Below, piece after piece: positions 51,481 through 64,000 of a stretch of 64,000 nucleotides of DNA. A program made the position numbers and the translations under genes. The DNA lies in the NCBI GenBank assembly GCA_964276515.1, contig OZ193909.1:3782001-3846000 (forward strand). Reading direction: 5' to 3'. How positions within the stretch are numbered: the stretch's first letter is position 1; each line of letters opens with the position of its first letter. The notes below the pieces were generated by a model that ran no database searches, was not told the origin of the DNA, and worked only from the letters and a program-made list of their open reading frames with translations. This DNA is from Gordius albopunctatus. Lineage: Eukaryota.

Positions 51481-54400
51481 TTCACGTAACTAATTTTAGT
51501 TGGCAAGATACGCTATGCTTTCTAGCTCATTTGCGTAAGCATTAAGCCACAACTACAACAATGTACATAATAATTATAGGATTCCATTATATGTTATTTA
51601 TATTAAACATTTTTCCTTAATTATTAAATCACTAGGTCCATCGTTAGAGTTACTATTATTTAATATTGGTTTAGTCTGAAGAACTTTAGGGACGACTCTA
51701 AAAATAGGTGCTACGTTGTAAGTTATTTTATAATTTGCTTTAAAAAGATTAAAAAGATTTACATATTATTTAATAAACATTTTATAACTTATTAATTAAT
51801 AAAGTACTCAACCGAGCCAGAAATACCTTGTCAGAGTGGTTGAGCTTGTGTACTCTCGTGATCCAAGAAGCTATACCTTTGGTAGCCAAACACAATTTTT
51901 ATGTTTGTTACTGGTGGGGTCACCCTATTGGCAAGGTTCTTGGTGAAGGGTCAGACTAAAATTTCTAGGTTTTTTGAGGGAGTACTTTGTGAAATTGAAG
52001 TGCAAGATTAAGCCTATCAATACGAGTGGTCGAAAGAAAAGTTTAATTCACCAAAATGGCTGCATCATAAAGAATAGTAGGTAGTCAAGCACCAAAATCT
52101 AACATAGTTCCGTCAGGCTTGGAAGCCCGGGATATCAATACTCCCTCATTCCATATAAACCAAAATGTTTACTACAACAAAGACGCAGAATGAAAACCAT
52201 AGGGCGTTGCCCTTAAGCGACGCGCGCATTATTCGCCTGGAATGTGTAGGAAATAAACGAAGGCTACCGCTCTCTCAACAAACGGAAGCGGTTAAAGATA
52301 GTTTGCGTAGGATAAAGTTTGGGTCATGGAATATTGGAGCAATGACTAGCAAGAGCGGAGAATTGGCAGATGTTCTAAGGAGGAGAAAAATCGATATCGC
52401 ATGTATACAAGAGACCAAATGTAAGGGCCAAAAAGCAAAATAAATAGGGGACGGATACAAATTATATTTTTACGGTACAGAAACTCACCAGAATGGCGTC
52501 GGTATAGTGCCATCGGAAGAATTTCAGCAAACTATCGCCGACGTTAAGAGAATCAATGACAGAATTATGGCGATACAGCTTTGTTATAAATATACTACGA
52601 TAAACGTTATATCAGCATACGCCCCTCAAAGTGGATGCTCTCAGACGGAAAAAGAGTGTTTTTGGAAGGAGCTTGAAGATGTTCTATCCTAATTCGGTAA
52701 AGAGGGACTAATAATTATCGGAGCGGATCTCAATGGACACGTGGGTAAATTAAAGAGAGGATTTGAAAGAAATCACGGTGGTCGGGGTTACGGCCTAAGA
52801 AATGAAGGAGGTACGGAAATTCTAGAAATTGCTCAAGCTTTTGACCTAGAAATAGGAAATACCTTCTTCAAAAAGAGGCAGGAACATCTTATAACGTTCA
52901 AAGGCGGCAGCCGTATCACTCAGATAGATTTCTTTCTAGTCAACAGAGCGCACTTAAAGTATGTTCAAAATGTTAAGGTAATACCGAGTGAAATATTGAC
53001 CTGCCAACACAAGCTGTTGGTGATGGACTTTATATTAAAGGGCCTTAAATAGCAAAAAGTTTAAAGAGTAGCCGCTACTATACAATGGGGGAAACTAAAG
53101 GATAATATTCAACATTTTCAGGAACAAGTAATTAAACTTGCTGAATTTAAGGAAAATACTTCATGTGAGAATCAATGGAATGGTATAGCTGCCACAATGC
53201 GAAAAGCGGGACGACAAATACTAGGTGAAAGCAAGCCCACTAAAATAATTCTCAACGAAACGTGGTGGTGGAATGAAGAAGTGCAAAAATGTATCAAGGA
53301 AAAGAAGAGATTGTACAAAGTTTGGTATAAAAGTAAGGATAGTGATGATAAGCAAGCTTACCAAGTAGCTAAAAGATCGGCTAAAAAATTCGTAGCCAAA
53401 GCTAAAAACAAGGTGTACGACGATATAAATGTAAAACTAAACTCAAAGGAAGGAGAAAGATTGATCTACAAAATCGCAAAGTCAAGGGCCCGAAATTCTA
53501 AAGATTACCTAGAATGCCGGCTAATTAAGGGTCAAAAGGGAGAAATACTAACACATGATAGCCATATACTACAAAGATGGTACGACTATTATAGCGATTT
53601 ATCAATTGAAAAGGGGCCTGTAGTCGAAGACACTAACCAGGAAAATACAATAGGAGAATTAAACACAACGGACTGGATCACGGAAACGGAAGTGAAAGTT
53701 GCTATGAGTAAACTAAAGTTAAGAAAAGCTCTTGGACCCGGCAATATACCGATTGAAGGCTTCAAAGCGTTAGGCAATACTGGTACACAATTCCTCGCCA
53801 ACCTTTTCAACAATATCTTGAAAACGGGTGTAATGCCTAACGAGTGGAGGGATAGCTACATGATCCCGATATACAAGTAGAAGGGGACATTCAGGATTGC
53901 AACAATTACAGAGGGATAAAGCTTATGAGCCACACTTTCAAGGTGTGGGAGAAAGTGATAGAAAAACGGCTTCGGAGTTTGGTTCAAATTCGAGATAACC
54001 AATTCGGATTTATGCCGGAGAGGTCTACAGCAGACGCCCTAAACACTGTTAGAAGATTAATGGAACGGTTTAAAGAAAGGGAAGAGGATTTCCACATGTG
54101 TTTCATCGATCTTGAAAAAGCTTTTGATAAAGTTCCTCGTAATTTAGTTTGGAAATGTCTTGAAGAAAACAATGTGCCACAAGTATACGTCAGAGCAATA
54201 AAATATATGTACAAGGGAAATATAACGTACGTTAGAACAACGGTTGGGACTACAAAAGGCTTTGCCATCAACACTGGAGTTCATCAAGGTTCAGCTCTTA
54301 GTCTCTTCCTATTCATAATGATAATGGATAATATTACCAAGGATTTGGGCGAGGAAGCTCCATGGGCAATGATCTTTGCAGACGATATAATCCTATGTGC

Positions 54401-54655
54401 CAAAAGCGAACAAGAATTGGCTAACACTGTAAATAGATGGATAAATGCAATAGAAGAAAGTGGTCTCAGGGTAACTAGAAAAAAAAACAGAATACATGAA
54501 GACAAAGTTTAAATCGGATGAAAATCAGCGAAGTGCATCCCTTAGTTTAGGCGATTGGCAACTTACAAGCGTGGATTCCTTCAAATATTTAGGATCAAAA
54601 CTTCAAACGGATGATGGAATGGATAAAAAATCCAAGCAAGGATAAATTCCGGATG

Positions 54656-57600
54656 TAAATTGTTGAATAAATTAAACATTTATAAATAAGTTTATTTGTC
54701 AATATTTTTAAGAAAAGTTGCATACAGATTAAATTTAAATCAAGAAGTTTGATGCGGTTTAAAGTTTTTGTCCAGAAAAGTAAGGATTATTTATCAGACT
54801 TAACGTAGGGCCCAAAATTAAATACATAGGACTTTTTAACCTCTTGAAATACAAAAGTGTAATGGGAATTGTATTAATTATCATTCAATGGCTACAATAC
54901 TTGACGTCGTCAATTGTTACACTACAAATATTGAGATAAATACTAACAAGTTAGCATAGATATGACAAAACATATATTTTATATTGCTATTGCTACAAAT
55001 TTAAGAGCGTTAGAAATATGTATGGACCTTAATTTTTGGTATGGTGCAAGTTTGGATCTAAACCATATTCTTCTTACAACTTTATATAACAATCCATAAA
55101 TCCCTTAATATCTATCCAATTATTCCAAATTAAGACATACTACATTTGCCTCATAAAGATTTACACTTCAAATCACTTAACCAATCTATTCAATTCAATA
55201 TAACCAATATAAAAAAATTGCCATCAATCCACTTTATCCACTATGGCATCTATTCCTATTCACATTGCATCCAACACATGCAAGTGTCTATCCCCCAAAG
55301 TTTCAGCTCGACAACATCAAGAAGTCCAAACATTCAAACAACAATCAAACAAATTACTGAGAAAGACTCACAACCACACCCATTATTTTCAACTTGATCC
55401 CTACTATTCCAAGCAAACATTAATTTACTCAGAAACTCTTCACAAAAAAACAAACAATTACCTCACCCAATCTTTCTCTCTAACATCATCACTACTATTC
55501 AAAGCAAACTGAACCCTCTACTTAATAACCTAGAAACCACTTACAGTATTTCAATCATTTATACATCTCTTATCACTATTTTATTAACATCCATAGTTTA
55601 TTTTTTTTTGCACATATCTAGACCTAAAATTATATACCCAAAAATTAAAAATTATATACAATATCTTATCAGGCACTTTTTAACAATTACAACCAACATT
55701 TACAATATGCAATCTAGTATCTTATACAAAATAACTTATCTAACCAAGGTAACAAATTTTTTTTTAAAAACAACTGCAATGCCACTTACTCTATCCTTAA
55801 GGTTGTCCTTTATCCTCCCACTCATAATTACTCAGAGTCTTACAATAAATCATCAGTTTTGACATGAATAAATTCTTTTCTTTGTCTGATAAAATTCATA
55901 TACATATTAAATGGTCCTTTTAAAAGCCCTATGCCCCTTGTGTCATAGAAATATCTCATTAAACAAAAAGAATTGTTTTTTACAACATGGCCCTGTCACC
56001 AATAAATGCCCCTCCTCGGGGAAGCTCGCTCCCCGAAACACTACATGTCCACCATTAACCTTAATATTGGAAGATAACATTATTCTCAGTCCCTCTGGTA
56101 CTGATATTCATAATCTAATACCTCATCAAACCTACTATACCACGAATGAAAAAAATGACATGACATGGAGTACAGCCTTTTTATCTCAAACATTCCCACC
56201 AACCATATCCAGAATTCCAAGGGGGGCCCGGGCGTGCATGCAACAGTTTTTAATAAACTTACTTAACAATATTATTTCCCTCCCTCAGAACTTTTCCTAT
56301 TGGGAGAAACTATTTAAATTCTCTTTTTACATTTTATCCATTCCTCAAGACAAAGAAGCAAATATCACTCATAATATTAAACAATCAGTTTTAAAGTTCG
56401 ACAGTCAAAACAGCCCTCCAGCATATAACATTGAGAGAAAGGAATCCCACATATTAACCCCCAAACAAAAAGCGAATATGATCTCTAGAAAAATCCACGC
56501 TTTCAACATAAAAGGTGCAATCAGATTTCTTGAGGAAGACAATTCATTTTTGAGTCCTTCACAAAAATCATACGAAGAAATAGTTCTCAAACACCCCCAG
56601 AGTCTATCGTCTACTTACCTATCGCCCTCGCAACCTTCAGATATTGCTTTTAAGTCACCAGAAATTCGAGATGCCATCTTATCCTTTCCCATGGATTCTG
56701 CAAGTGGTCTCGACGGCATAAAACCAATTTTTTTAAAAGATCTTATAACACTTGATAATAATAACTCCTCGAACTTATTAGACTTATTCACCGAATTTTG
56801 TAACCTTTTAGTCAATGGGAGTATACCTAAAGAAATAACGCCCATAGTCTTTGGAGCTAAGCTTTTAGCTATTAGGAAGGCCGACAATTCAGCCAGGCCT
56901 ATCGCTATCGGCGGTGTTTTTCGAAGAATTATTTCTAAATTAATTTGCTCGGCGATCAAACCAATATTGATCCCAATTTTAATTCCGCATCAACTAGGCT
57001 TTGGGGTCAAAAGAGGGTGTGAGATAGCTACCCATGCCGCACGCTTAGCCCTGGAACACCTCCCACCGGGTGACTCCTTTCTAAAATTGGATTTTAAAAA
57101 TGCTTTCAACAGCATTCGCCGCACTGCTTTCATTAATGAATTTATCAAACTGTTTCCCCACTACACCAACTACATCATTTTAAGTTATGGATGCCCTTCG
57201 ATTTTGAAATTTGGAGAATTCTTCCTCGAATCCGCAGAAGGGATCCAACAAGGCGATCCTCTAGGCCCCCCTTTATTCTGCTTGGCCATAAATCACCTAA
57301 TTAACGAAATTAACAAACACTGTAAACTTACTCTTAATGTCTGGTATCTTGATGACGCCACTCTTGTTGGAACCCCTGACAACCTAGCCCAAGCACTAGA
57401 TGTAATACATGCTTTTTTCCCAACTCTAAACTTATGTTTAAACGCCTCTAAAAGTGAAATATATTCTGACTTGGATAATATTCACCCAAATTTTTTTGAC
57501 TTTGCCAAAATTAAAAAAGACAATTTGTATGTTTTAGGCGCACCTATCGGGGGACCCCAGTGCCTTAAAAATTTTTTAGACAAAAATCTCTCTTCTTTAA

Positions 57601-58867
57601 AAACCAAATTAGACATTTTTAAATCTATGCCATCTCATCATTCTTTTTATATTATAAAAAATTATTACAACATTAGCAAAATTTTATTCTGCTTCCGCTC
57701 CACGCAAGCTTTTTTATTTAAAGAAGTTTTACACGACTATGAAAACTTTTTTAAATCCACTCTTGAATCAATTTTAAATATTTCCTTTAACACCAATACT
57801 TGGCTTCAAGCCACACTTCCCACAAAATCCGGTGGCCTTGGTATTCGCTCACCATCTGCGATTTCCCTAGCCGCCTTCATTTCTTCCTCTCTATCTTTTA
57901 AACATCATATCAACGACCTTGTCCCATTCCCACTTAATCCCTCCATAAATCAAGCCCTATCCTTATGGAATGAGAACGTCAATGTAGGAGCTAATATACC
58001 ACAATCATACGCTCAAAAAGATTTGGATGCAAGCTTGGTGTCGCGGTCCGTTGCTTACCTTCTCTCGACATGCGACGCCAAACAGTATTGCAACCTTAGG
58101 TCATTGGCTTTTGACCAATCCGGACATGAATGGCTTGAAGCTTACCCTAGTAAGTTTTCGGGTATGTTTTTGGAGAATCCTACCCTGTCCTACAATATAG
58201 CCCTCCGCTTGGGCTGTAAATACACGTCCTCATACCCCTGCCGGCTTTGTAATTCACTTGTAGATGAGGAAGCACGTCACCCTCTGCATTGTAAATTTAA
58301 CAAAAGCCGGTATGGTAGGCACCAAAAAATAAATACACTGCTTCAAATGTTCCTTCGATCCTTGAACTTTAAGATCCCTCTCTCGAAGAGCGGATGCGTC
58401 CGGACGGTTCGTCACTTATCCCATGAGACAAAGGCCTTTTCCTAAAATGGGACTACACCTGTATGACCTATTTGCTTCCTCCAACGATACTCACGACCCC
58501 CTTGGATCGGCAGAGCATCGGAAATCCTTAAAATATTCAGCTTTATCCCAAACCTCGATTTTTATTCCTATCGTCTCATCGTGCTCAGGGAAATTTGGGA
58601 AGAGCGCATTAATTTTTTTAAAGAACTCAATAAACGCTCGCCCCCTTGTAAAATATCGAATAGTTTTTTACTACGACAATCAATTGCCATCGCGATCGCT
58701 AAATCTAATTTTTATTCTTTGATGGATTCAATGCCCATTATCAAAGATGAAGAAACGGATATTGAGTTTTAATCATTTTTTTATATAAATGTTTTCGTTC
58801 CTGTATCTTTTTATTAATTCCACTCAATATTTAATACTTTTTATTTAATAAAGCATGTCAATTAAAA
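54656..58867 (+). mobile_element. CRE-clade-like non-LTR retrotransposon (RT plus restriction-like endonuclease)
   Basis: 73/74-bp flanking direct repeat of host RTE sequence (54583-54655, 58868-58941); AATAAA and a short A tail at the 3' end. Confidence 0.85.
55911..58772 (+). CDS. CRE-like RT-RLE polyprotein (844-aa ORF, then a frameshifted RLE C-terminus)
   Basis: N-terminal CPLC..H..C; RPIAIG..FRR, QLGFG, KLDFKNAFN, GIQQGDPLGP, WYLDD, LP...GGLGIR, CRLC...HPLHC, RH; RPDG and WDYTC in a shifted frame near 58395-58465. Confidence 0.8.
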
Positions 58868-59722
58868 AAATATTTAGGATCAAAACTTCAATCGGATGGT
58901 GAAATGGATAAAGAAATCCAAGCAAGGATAAATTCCGGATGGCACAAGTGGAGGGAGCTGACAGGTGTTCTGTGTGACAAAAACATCCCGAGATAACTAA
59001 AAGGCGCACTGTATAAATCCATCATACAGCCAACAGTCCTGTATAGCTCGGAATCATTGGCTATACGTAAAAGAGAAGAGCAACGTCTTGCAGCCATGGA
59101 GATGAGAATGCTAAGATGGGTGCTAGGAGTAAGAAAAAAGGACCATAGGCGAAATGAAGAAATAAGAAGAATTTTGGGTACTACATCAATTGTGACAAAG
59201 CTCCTAACAAATAGACTAAGATGGTATGGCCATGTAGAAAGAAGAGACGATAGCTACGTAGGAAAGAAAATCGAGATTGTAAATTACACAGAAAAACGAA
59301 GAAGAGGAAGACCCAAGCTAACCTGGATTCATAAAATACGGCATGATATGAAAGTCCACAAGATAAAGAAAGATCTATGTAAACATAGAAGCAAATGGAA
59401 ACGAATGCTGAAAGGACTGACCACCAGCCTAGGTGACAAGCAGTCATAGAAAGAAGAATTAATTAATAAAGTAACTCAAATACACCTTTCCATTAACATC
59501 TTATTAATTATAACTTAATTTGACTCTTCTAGATTCTTACATATTCCTTCATCTAACGCACTTATATATTTTTATTTAATAGCTAACTTGGTTAATAATA
59601 ACTTGTTAAAGTTCAAATTAATAAGCCTTAATAAATTAAACTGCTTTTTATTTCAAATCAACATTTTAATTAAAACTTTAAATTAAATGCTTTTTCAATC
59701 AGTATAATTCAAGTCCCTTCTT

Positions 59723-59857
59723 TTAATAATAACAATTAATTAGTTGAGTAAAACGAGCTGAAGTACAAATATTAATAATAACAATTAATTAGTTGAGTAA
59801 AACGAGCTGAAATACAAATATTAATAATAAAAATTAATTACTTGAGTAAAACGAGCT
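59723..59857. repeat. 49-bp tandem repeat running into the assembly gap
   Basis: TA(G/C)TTGAGTAAAACGAGCT at 59741, 59790 and 59839. Confidence 0.9.
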
Positions 59858-60057
59858 NNNNNNNNNNNNNNNNNNNNNNNNNNNNNNNNNNNNNNNNNNN
59901 NNNNNNNNNNNNNNNNNNNNNNNNNNNNNNNNNNNNNNNNNNNNNNNNNNNNNNNNNNNNNNNNNNNNNNNNNNNNNNNNNNNNNNNNNNNNNNNNNNNN
60001 NNNNNNNNNNNNNNNNNNNNNNNNNNNNNNNNNNNNNNNNNNNNNNNNNNNNNNNNN

Positions 60058-63000
60058 GGAAATAGCAAGGTTGTATTCAAATGTTATTACGGAAATTGTG
60101 AATATCGCTATTGTTATTACGCGGAGTGTCCGTATAAAAATATAGTGTATTATTGTAGTCGGTGTATATCGCGCGCAGTTATTAGTGTATAAATATTTGG
60201 GAGGGCGTAGTAACCTAAAGACGGAATCACGTCGGAACTATGGGTATCGGAATTGGGGCGAGCAAAGAAAAGGGAAAAGAGTAAAAAAGGGAGATGTCAT
60301 ATATGTCACATATTGATTCTTTGAAGAGGAGCAACGAGAGGTGCGGCATATGGGGAGTCGTGAAAGACGATCAACCAGAGGCGCAGGGTAATTACCAGGT
60401 GCGGGACGATAGCAAGTGAGAGACAAAATAAATCTAGGAAGAGTAACGGGAAGGACGCAAAGGAGAATAACAACTGGCGCGGGACACACAAAGAGAGTAT
60501 TATCAGAGGCAATAACAACTGGTGGAAGGAATGACAACTGGTGCAAGACACGAGAAGAAAAGAAGTGTATCCGAATAAAAGGGGACATCGGCGCACATAC
60601 AATATCAATTAATAAATTTTCTTGGATATAAATCGTTTGTGGCATAATTTTTACTGGAAATAAAATATTTATCGGAAGTACGAATTATTCTCAGACCTAA
60701 TATTGGACTGACGGTTTATTCGAGGACGAATTATTCTCTGACATAATTTTGGAGTGACGGTTTAGTCACGGACATAATAGTCATAAAATAAAATACGCCT
60801 GCTTTCATTTAAAGTGTACAATTATATGTTCTTGATCCTTTGATAATGCCACTTTTATTGTTGTTTTACGTTATAATATGTGCAACTAATTATCAATTCT
60901 TTAAATAATATTATTATCATTAAAAATCACTGTCATTTTGTGGATTATAACGCTATAAGTAAGTCAAATATAGGTGAACTTATAAATTTTCAAGTCTTTT
61001 ACATTTGACAGACACGGTGAATTAGATAAAATGTTGAATTTGCTGGAACTATAAATTCGACTTTATATACATCAAAATTATTTATAGTTTATTTTTGATT
61101 TGCACTTTCCATAGAAAGTTTTATCTGTATGAATTAGTTCATATCTTTATTTTGTCAATGAAATGTCGTGTCGTGTTAGATATTTAAGAAGTTTGTGTAT
61201 TTAGGTTCTTAGAAAAATATAAAAAGTTTTCCATTTGGATTTTTTTATCACTTATTTAATATTTTTAACAAAATATAAGAAATTTTAATTTTGTATAAAT
61301 TTTTTATAAAATAAAACGAGAGAAGTCGAGAATTCTCGTCGAGACGTGATCGAGATTTTTCTAAACCGAGGCGAGATCTTGTGAAAGGGTTTTGTTGAAT
61401 TTATTATAAGAAGGAGATTATCCACTGTTTTAATGAATTTTTTGAAACAAACTTATTCTTCTCTATGACATTAAAAGATTGCACCTTTTAAAATCAATGA
61501 GGCTATTTATCAAGTCTATCCTGTTTACTTATACTTTAAGGATGTCGCTGAGCTCTTTATTTAGATACTGACCCCATGAAAAATCATTCACGGTTATTGA
61601 GATAATTTTTTTAAAGATCGACATGTTCATTACATTACTCTGCTTCGGTGAGTTTTTAATTTTTAATTCAAAAATTATTATGTTATAAATTAACACACAG
61701 GTCATTAGTAAGCATCAAAATGGACCAAAATTACGTATTTTCACCGTTTAACCTTAAAATTGCCATGTACATATATACGCGGCGGGAACTAGGGATGAAA
61801 CCTGCTACGCTGAACTAGGAAATATTTCGCAGCAGTCTTTCACACACGATTACATTAGAAGGTAGTCAGGTTTTTGAGCAAATACCAAGACTACGAAAAC
61901 GATGCAACCAAAATTAAAATATTAAATTAGCTATTTGTCAATAATAGAATGACTATACATCCAAATTATGCTAACGCCGTAAAGAAAATATTTGGGGCCT
62001 TGGGGACCCCGACTAGTTACAATTCACCAGATTGAACTATTAAAGCCATCCATTGATGGCTCAGGCTACTCGTAACAAAATTCGGGATTTTTTTCCCCCG
62101 GAGATATTACAAGCAACAATCTTATAGCTTCTGTCAGCACTCTCTATTTTAAAGGACTGTGGGAGGTTCCGTTTGATAAGAGCTAATTTTTTAAGTCCAC
62201 TTTATATTTTCTAATTAATTTTTGAAGATGAACGACTCAGCAAAATTTTCATACAGAAGACGGTCGATATGTCTTAACACCCGTGATGAATATAGCTTAA
62301 TTAGAGATCGAACAATATACAGACATGAGAGATTTGGCCAATTATTTAATCTTGAATCACAAAGAGACCAAATTCAAAACGGTCCTAATTCTTCCCAATT
62401 CCAAATCAACGTTAAAAGCACTCAAATACAAACTTTTTATGGATCCTAATATATTAGAGAATGCACTCAAGAAAGCTTCCATCAAAATTCCTAACATCTC
62501 CATACCCCTGATTGATTGTAAAACAAACTTGCAGATAGTATCGAGGTTGTTTCCAATAATGGTAATTTAGGATTGATAAAATGGGAGGGTGGAAATGGGT
62601 TTACATATTTCGGTCGTCCAGCGACCATTATCAATAAAAAAAAGGGTAAATTACAAGTGATGTGGATTACAAATAAGGAACGAAGGACGATTTGATAATG
62701 GTCGCTGGACGACCGAAATATCTAAACCCATTTCCACCCTCCCATTTTATCAATCCTAAATTACCATTAGTGGAAACAAATTGGATACTACATAATGGAT
62801 TGGTATTACATAATTATATTAAACTTGCAGATGAACACGATATTGGCGAATTCTAATCTAAGTTGCATCTTTAAGTAACTATCGATATATATTTGGAGAT
62901 GAATTTTATGTATAAATGTATATAACTGAACTTCCATTATGCATGTTTCCAGCCATGGTTTGAACAATATCGTCAAATCACAAGCCTTGTCGTTGGATAA

Positions 63001-63096
63001 AATGGTTCATAAAGTCAATTTTCAAATGAACGAAAAAGGAAGTAAAGGGGCAGCGGCCACTGGTGGAGCCCTCGAAGATAGAGCATTTGACAATAT
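60058..63096. repeat. Inverted duplicate of 8098-11136 (part of the LTR element plus serpin)
   Basis: Endpoint sums are equal (71194), so no net indel; ORF-track translations are identical. Confidence 0.95.
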
Positions 63097-63184
63097 GTTT
63101 TTTAATAGACCGTTCTTGCATTTACTAATCGAAGCTGAGTCTGGAAATGTTTTATTTCCGGGAAGATATTCAAGCCCAGATTAA
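61620..63184 (+). pseudogene. Serpin (serine protease inhibitor) pseudogene
   Basis: NYVFSPF, YAAGTRDET..EL, LFVNN, STLYFKGLWEVPFD, VLILPN, ASIKIPN, KMVHKVNFQMNEKGSKGAAATGGALEDR, FNRPFLHLL, VLFPGR; several stops and frameshifts plus a 284-bp insertion. Confidence 0.85.
62537..62820. mobile_element. 284-bp foldback insertion with hammerhead-like cores
   Basis: 12-bp TSD AAACTTGCAGAT (62525-62536, 62821-62832); arms 62537-62634 and 62692-62789; empty site at 36307-36318. Confidence 0.75.
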
Positions 63185-64000
63185 CGGCGATCGACCGAGA
63201 CGCATTATGATGCATTTTTTTGAAATTTATAATCAAAAATATATGTAACACAAAATTAGTTTAGATGATTGCATACATTTAAATATTATAGAAATGTTCT
63301 ATTTATATATAACGCTTAGCCATCATATAGGTTAACAAGTGAGGAAGAATTGAAAAAAACTTCTGGTGAGCCACAGTGAAAATCAAGATTAGCAAAGTAA
63401 AATCGCCGAAAAAAGACACACTTTTGAAAGTTTAAGGATTTTTACCATTCTTTATAGGTGATTGAGAAGCATGCCTTTTGAAAATAAAAATCCCAGCGAA
63501 TAAGATACTCGATATTATTATGGTAATTATAATCTTATTATTATATTTAAATCATATTCAGTAATTTTGTAAGAAATTTTTATATATTTTTTATATCCGC
63601 ACTTTCTATCCTTTATTTCCTACTATTAAAAATGTACAAAATGTGTAATAACAACTAATAACGATCAACCAATCGAATGATGATTTCTAGAAAATAAATG
63701 TAAGTATTAATGTAAGTGTTGGACGATGGCTGTGAGAAATTGCCGTTAAATTAATCCGCTAGAATGAGCGACGACTACGAGTAAATTTAAGGTAATGAGT
63801 AAGGGGGACCGTTTGGTTCTTCCTTCATGCTACCGCTTGACCCACGAGATTCAAAGATGAAAAATAAAATATCCCCCCCCCCGCACCACAGGACTAACGA
63901 GTAGAAAAATAAATATATGATTGTATCATGGTCAAATGCCCGCTATTTACACCTTGTCGATGCACTTCTCATTTGCATGAGGGATGCCGACAGTTCCATG

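Larger units (their letters stand above)
51812..59457 (+). mobile_element. Full-length but degenerate RTE-clade LINE (distinct subfamily), interrupted by a CRE-like element
   Basis: TSD ATTAATTAATAAAGTA(A)CTCAA (51791-51811, 59458-59479); APE (GSWNIG, CIQET, SAYAPQ); RT (FIDLEKAFD, HQGSALS, FADD); C-terminal RLRWYGHV...RGRPK; GAAAGAAGA tail. Confidence 0.9.

Overview
AT-rich eukaryotic (most likely invertebrate) genomic scaffold with two 200-nt N gaps (7898-8097, 59858-60057) and many very short GT-AG introns (about 30-40 nt). Host genes: a multi-exon secreted-type EGF-repeat gene (110-6896, +, 5' end outside the window), an RCCD1-like RCC1-repeat gene (31380-32683, +) and three serpin pseudogene copies. 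The rest is densely nested transposable elements: several RTE-clade LINEs, two Ty3/gypsy elements, a pol-less LTR element, a hAT transposon interrupted by a P-element/THAP9-type transposon whose transposase reads open across 13 coding exons, an intron-containing Ginger/GIN-type integrase, two Helitron remnants, a CRE-clade RLE non-LTR element with a 73-bp target duplication, and a piggyBac-type MITE. A 284-bp hairpin insertion in the serpin carries hammerhead-ribozyme-like cores. 8098-11136 and 60058-63096 are colinear reverse complements, each abutting a gap, so this is probably an assembly overlap. All calls were made by reading and translating by eye; no database searches were run.
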